Shown here: piece by piece, positions 1 to 9,111 of the stretch | How the letters are laid out: every line of letters begins with the position of its first letter | How positions within the stretch are numbered: the first letter of the stretch is position 1 | From: Candidatus Scalindua sp. | GTDB taxonomy: Bacteria; Planctomycetota; Brocadiia; Brocadiales; Scalinduaceae | Reading direction: 5' to 3' | Length of the DNA stretch: 32,000 bases | NCBI GenBank assembly: GCA_031316235.1 | Contig: JALDRA010000001.1 | Location: forward strand, 1,800,001 to 1,832,000 | Notes under the pieces: generated by a model | Database searches by the model: none | What the model saw: the letters and a program-made list of their open reading frames with translations, nothing else | Told to the model about the DNA's origin: nothing | Translations under genes and position numbers: made by a program

Positions 1-386
1 GGGGAGTAACCAGTGATTGTCGCACAGGATGGTGAAATATAGAGAAAAGATTTGTCTAAACCTTCCCAATACTCGCAATCGTATGAAAATTCTGCAATTA
101 GACGAAATTTTTGTTCGCTTTCGAATAGCTCATTTTTCAATATATTAAAATCTTCATTTAATTTTAAATTATTATTTGTATAGGCTGATAGTGGTTTATA
201 AACAAACAGAAAAAGAAGTGGAACTAAAAGGAGTGCATGAATAGTTACGGCAATAATAACCAGATTTGTTTTAGTGGTTACTGTCTGATAAGCTATAAGT
301 AAGCCAATTGCTTCAGCTACGAGTGCAGAAAGAATTATAATTAAAAGCGTACATCTCGGGAGTTGCTCAATACGTTTTAGAAACAT
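1..386 (-). CDS. Membrane-anchored PAS-domain sensor protein, N-terminal part (3' end runs off the window)
   Basis: Absent from the ORF track because it is open at the window edge. Reading the minus strand from the ATG at 386 gives MFLKRIEQLPRCTLLIIILSALVAEAIGLLIAYQTVTTKTNLVIIAVTIHALLLVPLLFLFVYKPLSAYTNNNLKLNEDFNILKNELFESEQKFRLIAEFSYDCEYWEGLDKSFLYISPSCATITGYSP with no stop. This shows two hydrophobic helices, a short linker, then a PAS-like start (FRLIAE ... LYISPSCATITGY). Confidence 0.5.
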   Translation of the reverse strand, partial: MFLKRIEQLPRCTLLIIILSALVAEAIGLLIAYQTVTTKTNLVIIAVTIHALLLVPLLFLFVYKPLSAYTNNNLKLNEDFNILKNELFESEQKFRLIAEFSYDCEYWEGLDKSFLYISPSCATITGYS

Positions 387-684
387 GCAGGTATTCTCGT
401 TTTTATCTATTTGTCGGGATTCTGATCAAACTGCCGGCTCTTTGGCATCACTTACTTCTAACTCTGACAAATTATTAAGTTTATAGATAATACCGTACAG
501 ATTTATCAATTGCAGATTGCTTTTTGGAATTTCTGTGCCGGAGTTTTCGTGAAATTTTAATTTTTCGATTGAACAAAACCAGAGACTTGGTAATGCCAAG
601 TCGAGGATTTAGTGCTTGAGAAAAATGTAACGTCCGGGTGGAATCTGGTTCTGAAAACCAATTTGTAATAGATATTAAAGATGC

Positions 685-740
685 GTAGAAATTCCGGAAC
701 CGGAACGCACTCACGTACGTGAGGAATGCGGAATTTCTAC
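685..740 (-). terminator. Nested palindrome downstream of the radical SAM gene (putative terminator)
   Basis: A perfect 12-bp inverted repeat, gtagaaattccg (685-696) / cggaatttctac (729-740), encloses a perfect 14-bp palindrome, ctcacgtacgtgag (710-723). It lies 41 nt past the stop of the minus-strand gene ending at 781. There is no clean U-tract, so terminator function is only inferred. Confidence 0.35.
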
Positions 741-780
741 AGCAGCGCAGCATATGGGTTGTTTCCGTTCGACCGTGGGA

Positions 781-2262
781 CTACATCACATGCAGTTCGC
801 TCACCTTGCGAAAATGGTAACCGTAAATTGCAAGTTTTACCGAGAGCGGGAACAGCTCCCGATGATGAATGCACGTCCACAGCAAGAGATTCCAGAATTG
901 AAAACGTTCCTTCCCCATGATCCCGAGATGAAATACAGAACGAACCAACGCCAAGATATGATCCCGATCAACTTTGACCTTAATCTTTGGCGCTTTGTAC
1001 TCCCGGAGGAAGGTCTTGACTCGCCGATAGTAGTTTTCGGGAGAATAAATGTATTTCAAAATAGCCTTATACCCATTTTTACAGGTATCGGCATCCATGT
1101 TATTAGGGATAATGTTCGTTGTGCCGTCAACGTTATCACCTGACATCCGCCCAAGCAGACGCCCTTCTTTTTTAAGACGGTCGTAGAGTTTTGTACCATA
1201 CGGGGCCTGAAGCAGGCCGATCATGGCCATTACGACCCCGCTTTTCTGGATAAAATCAATTTGACGCTGAAATATGGAAGGGGTATCACTGTCAAAGCCA
1301 ACAATGAAACCTGCCTGTACCTGTAAACCTGCCCGCTGAATGCGTTGTACGTCTGCGACAAGTTCGCGATTATTGTTCTGTTTTTTTCCGCATTCAACCA
1401 AGCTGTCAACATCCGGAGTTTCGATGCCGACAAAGACCGCGTCAAAACCCGCATCAGACATCATCTTCATCAACGGTTCATCATCGGCCAGATTGATAGA
1501 GACCTCTGTATGAAATGGCAAAGAGACATGTTCCGCCTGCCACTTAATCAATGCAGGCAGCAGTTCCTTCTTGAGAGCCCTTTTGTTTCCGATGAGATTA
1601 TCATCAACAAAAAAAACAGGGCCACGCCAACCCAGCTCATAAAAACTATTCAACTCACCGATAATCTGTTCAACATTTTTCGTGCGCGTACGCTGTCCGA
1701 AAAGAGCCGTTACGTCGCAAAATTCACATTGGTACGGGCAGCCCCGTGAATACTGTATACTCATTGAGGCGTACCGTTTCATATCAATCAAATCCCATTG
1801 AGGCGCTGGAGTTTCACGGATATCAGGAAACAGCTTAGTAGTATACACCCGTTTAGGACAACCATTATGCAAATCTTCCAGGAAACCCGGAAGAGTCAGT
1901 TCCGCCTCATTGAGGACAAAATGATCAACATCCTCAAATTGAGTATATTCACTTGTAAATAACGGTCCTCCGGCAACTACTTTGACCCCTGCCTTCTTAC
2001 ACCTTTCAATTAACTGGAGAGCCGAAGTCCGCTGTATAACCATGCTGCCAATAAAAACATAATCAGCCCATGCAAGATCTTGATCCATAAGCTTTGATAC
2101 GTTGGTATCAATAAGGCGTTTTGACCAGCCTGATGGCAGCATTGCCGCAACTGTCAACAGGCCTAATGGAGGGAAGGATGCTTTTTTCCGCGTAAACTTG
2201 AGAGCGTGCTTGAAACTCCAAAATGTATCGGGAAATTCCGGGTACAATAATAATACGTTCAT
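781..2262 (-). CDS. B12-binding domain / radical SAM protein (DUF4070-type C-terminus)
   Basis: 493-aa ORF. The N-terminus (MNVLLLYPEFPDTFWSFKHALKF..PPLGLLTVAAMLP) is typical of the cobalamin-binding domain of class B radical SAM enzymes. The CxxxCxxC cluster motif is present as GCPYQCEFCD. The C-terminal 100 aa are alpha-helical, as in DUF4070-containing members. Confidence 0.85.
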   Translation of the reverse strand: MNVLLLYPEFPDTFWSFKHALKFTRKKASFPPLGLLTVAAMLPSGWSKRLIDTNVSKLMDQDLAWADYVFIGSMVIQRTSALQLIERCKKAGVKVVAGGPLFTSEYTQFEDVDHFVLNEAELTLPGFLEDLHNGCPKRVYTTKLFPDIRETPAPQWDLIDMKRYASMSIQYSRGCPYQCEFCDVTALFGQRTRTKNVEQIIGELNSFYELGWRGPVFFVDDNLIGNKRALKKELLPALIKWQAEHVSLPFHTEVSINLADDEPLMKMMSDAGFDAVFVGIETPDVDSLVECGKKQNNNRELVADVQRIQRAGLQVQAGFIVGFDSDTPSIFQRQIDFIQKSGVVMAMIGLLQAPYGTKLYDRLKKEGRLLGRMSGDNVDGTTNIIPNNMDADTCKNGYKAILKYIYSPENYYRRVKTFLREYKAPKIKVKVDRDHILALVRSVFHLGIMGKERFQFWNLLLWTCIHHRELFPLSVKLAIYGYHFRKVSELHVM

Positions 2263-2507
2263 TGTTTTAGTTTCCTTTATTTAACACACATATACCTGAA
2301 ATTTCAAAAAACCTCTTACTTGGATTCTCAGTATAGGGCTGTTTACCATTCTAAAAAAATACACTATAAACTTTCCTTATACCATAAATAACCACAATTT
2401 AAAAGCGAAAAAATGCTTTTGTCGTTGATTATTATCACAGCCGGAGGTAGAATGAGGCGTTGACAGACTCAGCTTTCAGCCCCGCGCTTCCCTCACCCCG
2501 CTTGAGT

Positions 2508-2549
2508 TTCAGCAAGGTATATTCAGCAAGGTATATTCAGCAAGGTATA
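2508..2549. repeat. Perfect 14-bp direct repeat x3 (ttcagcaaggtata)
   Basis: Three head-to-tail identical copies at 2508-2521, 2522-2535 and 2536-2549. The last copy runs into tataat (2546-2551). The repeat sits in the 735-bp non-coding gap between the radical SAM start and the 3' end of tRNA-Gln(UUG). Confidence 0.95.
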
Positions 2550-2997
2550 TAATGACAATCAGCGTAATGCGTGAGGTACTCAACGTCGTCACATGAATAA
2601 ATAGCGGATTATTCAGACAACAGCTTCTGCTTATGAACTCTGGCCTACGACTGGGACTACTTAATAACTTATCAAGAATCTGGCAGAATTTTAAAAAAAA
2701 GGCGTTCATTGTGATTTTTCCAGGAGGGAGCCAATTGACAAACCCCTCAAAGTCCGGGGGGAATGGTTTACGTTATCGGCAGAAAACTTGATTCTCTGTC
2801 ACCATGCAGTCACATCACTCTTCAGGACATGAATATTTTCATTCAAATAGTGTTCCATATGTGTGTTACTTATTGCCCGGGGAGATTAAAGGGGTCCCTG
2901 AATTTTCAAAAATCATTTTGCGGCGGACAGCATGAATATCTCTCCCCACCAAACCACCCTGAACTGTCACCTCGCCAACATCAGCAGGTTCAGGTTA

Positions 2998-3071
2998 TGG
3001 TTACCCGGGGAGGACTCGAACCTCCAATGAGAGAATCAAAATCTCTAGTGTTGCCATTACACTACCGGGTA
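2998..3071 (-). tRNA. tRNA-Gln (anticodon UUG), CCA encoded
   Basis: The minus strand reads TACCCGG TA GTGT AATGGCA ACAC T AGAGA TTTTGAT TCTCT CATT GGAGG TTCGAGT CCTCC CCGGGTA A CCA. This gives a full cloverleaf with a 7-bp acceptor stem including U1-A72, a GTTCGA T-loop and anticodon TTG in a 7-nt loop. Confidence 0.9.
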
Positions 3072-3618
3072 TTTCTCACTACTCCAGAAGCCTCTTTTCT
3101 GTGCAGTGCTACCGGCCCCGATACCATACCAATCAATTCTGATCGAAAATTCGGATACAATTCAAAGCCGGGGATCCGGCATGAATTATATCCGAAGGTT
3201 TGATGTTGTCAATTCTAAACTAACACTAATGGCCCGCAAGCCACAACAAGACATCGATACCTCCCCCATTACGGCCAGCATCATATCTCTCATACCGATC
3301 AGTGCTTACCGTTAATTCTGCAAATTCACAACGAGATACCTTCCGACAAAACAGACCAAAAAGCAAACCATGATATTCCATGAAAATTTTTACCTTGATT
3401 TCATCTCTACCCTCAGTAGAATACGCTACAATAATAAAGGCGGAAAGAACAACTACCTGCATACTGCATCGTGGCAACAAATCCGTAATCATCAAGTACA
3501 GCAGTAGATTCCGGTTACAAAGGCAGCACACCTTGTATCCGTGAATCCGTGAGGTTTTTTTAACTCAACCACAGGTTTTCCGTTCAAGCACTAACCAAGC
3601 GGTTTTAGAGGTTTCCAG

Positions 3619-6273
3619 ATGCAGACAAATGAGATCAGAAAAAGATACCTGAGCTTTTTCGAAAAAAAAGGACACACAATACTTCCCAGCGATTCACTTG
3701 TCCCGGAAGATGACCCCACCCTCCTGTTTACCGGTGCAGGGATGAATCAGTTCAAGGATATGTTTTTAGGAAAGGGAACACTCAATATTAAAAGGGCAAC
3801 AACATGTCAAAAATGTATCAGAACCGGTGATATTGAAAATGTGGGCAGGACACCAAGCCATCACACCTTCTTTGAAATGTTAGGAAATTTCTCTTTTGGG
3901 GACTATTTCAAGACAGGGGCGATAGAGATGGCCTGGGAATTTATGCTTCAGGAGATGAAGCTTCCGGAGGAAAAGCTGGCAGTAAGTGTCTTTGTTGACG
4001 ACGAAGAGTCGTACCGGATCTGGTCAAAAAAGATTGGTGTTCCAGAAGATAAAATATACCGGTTCGGCGAGAAAGACAACTTCTGGCCTGCCAGTGCCCC
4101 TTCCCAGGGACCAAATGGTCCCTGCGGTCCCTGCTCTGAAATCTATTATGACCGAGGCCATGAGGCTGGATGCAGACGAAAGGAATGCGCTCCCGATTGT
4201 GACTGTGAACGTTTCGTTGAAATCTGGAATCTTGTATTTACTCAGTTCGACAGAAAAGAGACAGGCGTCCTTGAACCGCTACCAAATAAGAATGTTGATA
4301 CGGGAATGGGCCTAGAAAGAATGGCCAGCGTAATGCAAGGCACCCCCACGAATTTTGAAATTGATATCTTTCAACCAATCATTCAGAACATCTCCGAGCT
4401 CGTTCAAGTCCCCTATGACGGACAAAGAGAAAGCGGTAAAATGATGAACAGGATAGCTGACCATTTAAGGGCTATCACTTTTTGTATCGCTGATGGCGTC
4501 CTTCCGAGCAACGAGGGGAGAGGGTACATTGAAAGAAGGCTTCTAAGAAAAGCCGTCCGCGATGGCCTGAATCTAGGAAAGGAAGATAGCTTTCTTTACA
4601 AACTCGTTCCTATCGTAGCCGAAGTGATGCATGCCCAGTACCCTGATATCAAGGGTCGCTGCGAAAATATCGCAAGGATCATAAAGAACGAGGAGGAGAG
4701 GTTTCACGAGACTCTCTATCTGGGAAGCAGACGGCTAGGAGAGCTTATGGAAACTCTTCGCAGGAACAGACAAGAGGTATTAACGGGACCAGATGCCTTT
4801 CTTCTCTACGACACGTATGGCTTTCCCTTTGAAATGACAGAATCAATCTTGCGTGAAAACAACCTGAAGATAGACAGGCCCGGATTTCAAAAAGAGATGC
4901 ACCTGCAACGGCAAAGAGCAAAGGAATCATCAAACATGAAGGGGAATATTTTTGACGAAGGCCCCCTGGACAAAATAAAGAAAAGCACAAGTGAGACAGT
5001 CTTTCTCGGCTACAATAATCATGAAATTGAAGGAAAAGTGACAGGACTGATCGTCAATGAACAATTAGTTCATTCTGCCGAAAGGTACCAGGACGTGCTT
5101 ATTGTATTGGATCAGACCCCTTTTTATGGAGAATCTGGAGGCCAGATAGGGGATACGGGTACGATACAGACAAAAGACACGGAGATTGAAGTCAAGGATA
5201 CCAAGGTCAGCAACAACCTCACCGTGCATATGGGTACTATTGTGAAGGGTAAGATTGTCACACATGAAAATGTTATTTCAAAGATTGACAGAAAGCGAAG
5301 GGCAGCCATCAAACGCAATCACACAGCCACTCACCTGCTTCACTATGTCCTTCGCAAGGTGATAGGGGACCATGCAGAACAATCCGGGTCTTTAGTGGCC
5401 GCTCACAGGCTGCGCTTTGACTTTCACCATTTTGCCGGAGTCAAAAAAGAGGAACTTGAGAAAATTGAAGAGTTGATGAATGAAAAGATTATGGAAAACA
5501 GCGATGTTACCACAGAAGAGATGAGCCTAAACGAAGCAAAAGCGATAGGGGCCGTTGCTTTATTCGGCGAAAAATACCGTGAAAATGTGAGAGTTGTCAC
5601 TATTGGAGACTTTAGCCGTGAGCTCTGCGGGGGGACACATGTTGTTTCAACGGGCGAAATTGGCCTGTTTAAGATCGTACATGAATCTTCTGTTGCTGCG
5701 GGAATACGGAGAATAGAAGCAGTAACAGGGCAGGATGCAATGGCGAGAACAAAACATAAGGAGGAGATTCTGGGAAAGTTATGCCATATTCTTGACACCC
5801 ATGAAAATGCTGTCCTTGAACGTGCTGAAGAACTGGTACTGCAGATAAAAGAGTTAAAAAAGGAGCTGCAAAAGACGAAAAAGGAAAGCTCCCGGGTGAA
5901 CATTACAAATATCATTGATCATGCCAGAAAAATTGAAGGTGTAAGTATCGTAACAGAAATGGTAGAGGGTGTTGACAAGGGAGATCTGAGAAAAATTGTG
6001 GACCTGTTGAAGAAAAGCCTGCGTTCAGTAGCAATAGTTTTGGGGACTGTTGATGATGGGCGTGTAACTATGGTGACAGCTTTCAGCAATGATCTGGTTA
6101 AATCGGGTCTCCATGCAGGTAATCTCGCGAAAGAAATTGCGGAAATTGTTGGCGGCGGGGGCGGTGGAAGAGCTGATATGGCTCAAGCCGGTGGCAGATT
6201 CCCAAAAAAGGTAGATGAAGCTTTTGATTTTGCTTTCACGTTTTTACGCAATGCAATTAAAGAAAACCGATGA
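3619..6273 (+). CDS. alaS: Alanine--tRNA ligase
   Basis: 884-aa ORF. The class II AlaRS N-terminus is present (MQTNEIRKRYLSFFEKKGHTILPSDSLVPEDDPTLLFTGAGMNQFK, FFEMLGNFSFGDYFK). The editing-domain HxxxH motif reads NHTATHLLH, with CGGTHV downstream. The C-terminal DHHA1-like tail includes GGGGGGRADMAQAGG. Confidence 0.97.
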   Translation: MQTNEIRKRYLSFFEKKGHTILPSDSLVPEDDPTLLFTGAGMNQFKDMFLGKGTLNIKRATTCQKCIRTGDIENVGRTPSHHTFFEMLGNFSFGDYFKTGAIEMAWEFMLQEMKLPEEKLAVSVFVDDEESYRIWSKKIGVPEDKIYRFGEKDNFWPASAPSQGPNGPCGPCSEIYYDRGHEAGCRRKECAPDCDCERFVEIWNLVFTQFDRKETGVLEPLPNKNVDTGMGLERMASVMQGTPTNFEIDIFQPIIQNISELVQVPYDGQRESGKMMNRIADHLRAITFCIADGVLPSNEGRGYIERRLLRKAVRDGLNLGKEDSFLYKLVPIVAEVMHAQYPDIKGRCENIARIIKNEEERFHETLYLGSRRLGELMETLRRNRQEVLTGPDAFLLYDTYGFPFEMTESILRENNLKIDRPGFQKEMHLQRQRAKESSNMKGNIFDEGPLDKIKKSTSETVFLGYNNHEIEGKVTGLIVNEQLVHSAERYQDVLIVLDQTPFYGESGGQIGDTGTIQTKDTEIEVKDTKVSNNLTVHMGTIVKGKIVTHENVISKIDRKRRAAIKRNHTATHLLHYVLRKVIGDHAEQSGSLVAAHRLRFDFHHFAGVKKEELEKIEELMNEKIMENSDVTTEEMSLNEAKAIGAVALFGEKYRENVRVVTIGDFSRELCGGTHVVSTGEIGLFKIVHESSVAAGIRRIEAVTGQDAMARTKHKEEILGKLCHILDTHENAVLERAEELVLQIKELKKELQKTKKESSRVNITNIIDHARKIEGVSIVTEMVEGVDKGDLRKIVDLLKKSLRSVAIVLGTVDDGRVTMVTAFSNDLVKSGLHAGNLAKEIAEIVGGGGGGRADMAQAGGRFPKKVDEAFDFAFTFLRNAIKENR

Positions 6274-6292
6274 ACGTTATATTGTTTTTTGC

Positions 6293-6321
6293 TTGACAAG
6301 AATAAGTGACAAATATACAAT
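6293..6321 (+). promoter_or_regulatory. Sigma70-type promoter candidate for rpmF-plsX-fabH
   Basis: TTGACA (6293-6298), a 17-nt spacer, then TACAAT (6316-6321). It sits 20 nt after the alaS stop and about 180 nt before the rpmF start. Confidence 0.45.
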
Positions 6322-6377
6322 ATGCCTTTCCATGTGAGACACATGTAACTTTCTAATATTTAAAGGGATAGGTAAAC

Positions 6378-6464
6378 AAAGGGAAGAATAAGAAAGTAAC
6401 GGGAGGCTCAGTAATTATGGAGATGATTCCTAATAATTTCCCTTTCTTTCTTTTTCTTCCCTTT
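6378..6464 (+). promoter_or_regulatory. Long hairpin in the putative rpmF 5' leader
   Basis: aaagggaagaataagaaag (6378-6396) pairs with ctttctttttcttcccttt (6446-6464). That is 19 bp with a single U-U mismatch and a 49-nt loop. The 3' arm is followed by ttattt, and the structure ends 35 nt before the rpmF ATG. Confidence 0.4.
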
Positions 6465-6499
6465 TTATTTATTGACCCTGATTATCGAGTTATACAAAA

Positions 6500-6730
6500 A
6501 TGCCAAATCCGAAAAGGAAACATTCAAGTTCAAGAACGAGAAAAAGGCGTGCACATGATGCACTGACGCCTCCGAATATTCCGAACTTTGAATCTTCAAA
6601 AAAAGCTTCAGGTTTTCAAACAAACAAGTTTATTTGTCCGAATTGCAAACAGATAAAATTGCCACATACAGTCTGCCATAACTGTGGCCATTACCGCGGT
6701 CGTCAAGTGATTGCTGTAGAGAGAGTTTGA
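6500..6730 (+). CDS. rpmF: 50S ribosomal protein L32 (extended, zinc-ribbon form)
   Basis: The N-terminus MPNPKRKHSSSRTRKRRAHDAL is the L32 signature. CPNC..(11 residues)..CHNC gives four Cys. At 76 aa it is longer than the usual 55-65 aa because of an insert (NIPNFESSKKASGFQTNKFI) before the first CxxC. Confidence 0.9.
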   Translation: MPNPKRKHSSSRTRKRRAHDALTPPNIPNFESSKKASGFQTNKFICPNCKQIKLPHTVCHNCGHYRGRQVIAVERV

Positions 6731-6732
6731 TC

Positions 6733-7749
6733 ATGCGTATTGCTGTTGATGCCATGGGTGGTGATGCGGCTCCTTCCGCGATTGTACAGGGGGCTGTAAA
6801 TGCTGCCAATAAATTTTCTGATCATGAGATTATACTCGTAGGTGATAGTGACCAGATCCGTGATGAGCTAAGCAAGGCCAATTCATCTTCAAGCAATGTT
6901 TCCATTGTACATGCTTCGCAGGTGGTCGGGATGAATGAATCTGCAACCGTTGCTTTACGGAAAAAGAGTGATTCTTCAATAACGAGAAGCGTTGAACTCG
7001 TAGCTAAAAAGAAGGCAGACGCAATAGTGAGTGCGGGTAACACCGGTGCGACAGTAGCAACAGCAGCTTTGCTTCTTGGCACCCTTGAAGGGGTAAAGCG
7101 TCCTGGAATAGCTGTTTCAATTCCAACCCTTCACGGCGTATGTCTTGTAATTGATGCTGGTGCAAACATTAAATGCAAACCAGTGCATTTTTTACAGAAT
7201 GCAATAATGGCTTCGGTCTTTTGCAAATATATTTTAAATATTGAAAAACCAAAGGTCGGCCTCCTGAATATTGGCGAGGAGGATGCAAAAGGCAATGATC
7301 TCGTTAAAGAGGCCTATACGCTGCTTTCGAATTCTCATTTGAATTTTATTGGGAATGCCGAAGGCCGCGATGTTTTTGATGGTAATTTTGATATAGTGGT
7401 TTGCGAAGGCTTTATCGGTAATGTCTTGTTGAAATTCGCCGAAGGTCTCTCTATTAGTCTGTTATCTGCTCTTGTATCTGAAGCAAAAAAACGCCTTTTA
7501 TCTAAATTTGGTGTGTGGCTCTGCAAACCGGCACTAAAACATCTCATTAGCAGCATGGACTATTCTGAATACGGCGGGGTTCCGCTCCTTGGGATTGATG
7601 GGATTTGTATAATAGCACATGGAAGATCAGATTCTAAGGCAATTCAAAATGCAATAAGAGAAACAATTCGGTTTGGAAAATATCAAGTAAACAAGCATAT
7701 TATTTCCGAACTTGACAGTTCTGGCTCTTCTCTTATAACTGCTTCTTAA
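6733..7749 (+). CDS. plsX: Phosphate acyltransferase PlsX
   Basis: MRIAVDAMGGDAAPSAIVQGA is the PlsX N-terminal signature, and SAGNTGA and GICIIAHGRS are also present. The ORF track starts at TTG 6727. The ATG at 6733 is preferred, leaving a 2-nt gap after the rpmF stop (6728-6730). Confidence 0.93.
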   Translation: MRIAVDAMGGDAAPSAIVQGAVNAANKFSDHEIILVGDSDQIRDELSKANSSSSNVSIVHASQVVGMNESATVALRKKSDSSITRSVELVAKKKADAIVSAGNTGATVATAALLLGTLEGVKRPGIAVSIPTLHGVCLVIDAGANIKCKPVHFLQNAIMASVFCKYILNIEKPKVGLLNIGEEDAKGNDLVKEAYTLLSNSHLNFIGNAEGRDVFDGNFDIVVCEGFIGNVLLKFAEGLSISLLSALVSEAKKRLLSKFGVWLCKPALKHLISSMDYSEYGGVPLLGIDGICIIAHGRSDSKAIQNAIRETIRFGKYQVNKHIISELDSSGSSLITAS

Positions 7750-7780
7750 GATATTTACCTAATTTTAATTAGGATGGTTA

Positions 7781-8770
7781 ATGAAAAAAGCGTTTAAGGC
7801 CGCAATCACCGGGATAGGATCCTTCTTACCAGAAAAAGTTCTCTCGAATGATGATTTGCTGAAGATGGTTGATACCAGTGATGAGTGGATCACTAAGCGA
7901 ACCGGAATTAAAGAAAGGCGTATTGTTGAAAATGGCATCGCAACCTCAGACCTGGCGGTTGAGGCATCATTGCGTGCTCTTGAAGATGCTAAGGTATTAC
8001 CTTCTGAATTGGATCTTATCGTCACCTCAACCATTACACCGGATTGCCTGTTTCCGTCCACTTCTTGTTTTGTACAAGAAAAACTCGGTGCAACCAGGGC
8101 AGGAGCCTTTGATATATTAGCTGCGTGTGCAGGGTTTATCTATGCGCTCTCCATTGCAAAAAATTTTGTCCTTTCTGGTACGAGACAAACGGTTCTGGTT
8201 GTTGGTGCTGAGTGCCTGTCAAAGGTTACTGATTATACGGACAGGACAACGTGTGTTCTTTTTGGTGATGGAGCTGGCGCTGCAGTCGTTCAAAAAAGTA
8301 AAGGCAGACGCGAAATAGTTAAAACTCTTTTAGGTGCTGATGGTAGTCAGGCAGATCTGTTAATGCTTCCCGCAGGTGGCTCCCGGATGCCCGCATCCCA
8401 CGAAACAGTTGATTCCCGTTCCCACTATATCAAGCTCAAGGGAAAATTGTTGTTTAAGCTTGCCGTTACCAACATGGTAGAAGTAATCTTAAAGTCCGTC
8501 AAAGATCACAATATTACCATTAACGATATCGACCTGATTATCCCTCATCAAAGTAATATCAGGATCATTGAGGCAGCAATGGAACGGCTCAATATGCCAA
8601 AGGACAAAGCGTATGTAAACATTGATAGATATGGCAATACCTCATCTGCATCTATTCCGATTGCAATAGATGAAATTGATAAAAATAATATATTGAAACC
8701 TGGAAGCACTGTACTTCTGGTGGCATTTGGTGGTGGCCTGACGTGGAGTTCCTCCATCATCAAGTGGTAG
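7781..8770 (+). CDS. fabH: Beta-ketoacyl-ACP synthase III
   Basis: 329 aa. The motifs are ITGIGSFLPEKVLSNDDL..TSDEWITKRTGIKERR, active-site Cys in ILAACAGFIYAL, His in IPHQSNIRI, and Asn in YGNTSSASIP. Confidence 0.93.
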   Translation: MKKAFKAAITGIGSFLPEKVLSNDDLLKMVDTSDEWITKRTGIKERRIVENGIATSDLAVEASLRALEDAKVLPSELDLIVTSTITPDCLFPSTSCFVQEKLGATRAGAFDILAACAGFIYALSIAKNFVLSGTRQTVLVVGAECLSKVTDYTDRTTCVLFGDGAGAAVVQKSKGRREIVKTLLGADGSQADLLMLPAGGSRMPASHETVDSRSHYIKLKGKLLFKLAVTNMVEVILKSVKDHNITINDIDLIIPHQSNIRIIEAAMERLNMPKDKAYVNIDRYGNTSSASIPIAIDEIDKNNILKPGSTVLLVAFGGGLTWSSSIIKW

Positions 8771-8792
8771 TGCGATGTGGCTTAATTGTTTT

Positions 8793-8830
8793 GTACCTAA
8801 AAACACCACTTATCATGTGCTTTTAGGTAC
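8793..8830 (+). terminator. Hairpin just after fabH (possible attenuating terminator)
   Basis: gtacctaaaaacac (8793-8806) pairs with gtgcttttaggtac (8817-8830). That is 13 of 14 positions paired, with a 10-nt loop, beginning 23 nt after the fabH stop. No U-tract follows. Confidence 0.3.
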
Positions 8831-9111
8831 TTATAGTTGAAAAAATATATGACACCTGTAATTTACGATATTCGTTCTGTTAATAATACTCTGCAAATTG
8901 TCTCGAAACGGAGAACAGCTCATTTACCGCTAGTTGCTGCCAGCTGATTTTTCAGGCTTCGCTTGTGTATATGCTGAACTGCATTTCTGCGTTGATGAGC
9001 TGAACAATCGATACTCTGGCACGAAAATTTGAAGAACCGGTGATTTAAAAAGTTATATTTTATCGTTACTGTTTGAAGCTTCAGAAAAATTTGATTTAAG
9101 GAGGAATAGAC

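Noticed and set aside
481-1143. ORFs 481-753 (-), 726-920 (+) and 754-1143 (+)
   Set aside because: Two of them overlap the strongly supported radical SAM gene in antisense. The third lies in the intergenic palindrome region. Their composition is Arg/Ser/Phe-rich and they have no start context. The region is better explained as non-coding.
2508-2549. The 14-bp triple repeat as a CRISPR-like array
   Set aside because: The repeats are contiguous with no spacers, the unit is too short, and there are no cas genes in the window.
2763-3203. 146-aa plus-strand ORF between the radical SAM gene and alaS
   Set aside because: It reads straight through tRNA-Gln(UUG) on the opposite strand, and its segment TRGGLEPPMRESKSLVLPLHY is simply the tRNA translated. 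It has no ribosome-binding site and no recognisable motif, so it is spurious.
3226-3531. 101-aa minus-strand ORF upstream of alaS
   Set aside because: It has no ribosome-binding site, a Cys/Leu-rich N-terminus and no recognisable motif. It lies in what is more plausibly the alaS promoter and leader region.
5424-5915. 163-aa minus-strand ORF inside alaS, and similar antisense ORFs inside fabF (9467-9946), the kinase, the TonB receptor and other genes
   Set aside because: These are mirror-image open frames of K/E-rich or otherwise biased coding sequence. They are Ser/Phe-rich and low in complexity, and they lie fully inside high-confidence genes.
9017-9033. Sigma54-like element ctggcacgaaaatttga about 80 nt upstream of acpP
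   Set aside because: The -24 half (TGGCACG) is perfect. The -12 half reads TTTGA and lacks the essential GC dinucleotide at the correct spacing. A sigma54-dependent acpP would also be unprecedented to my knowledge.
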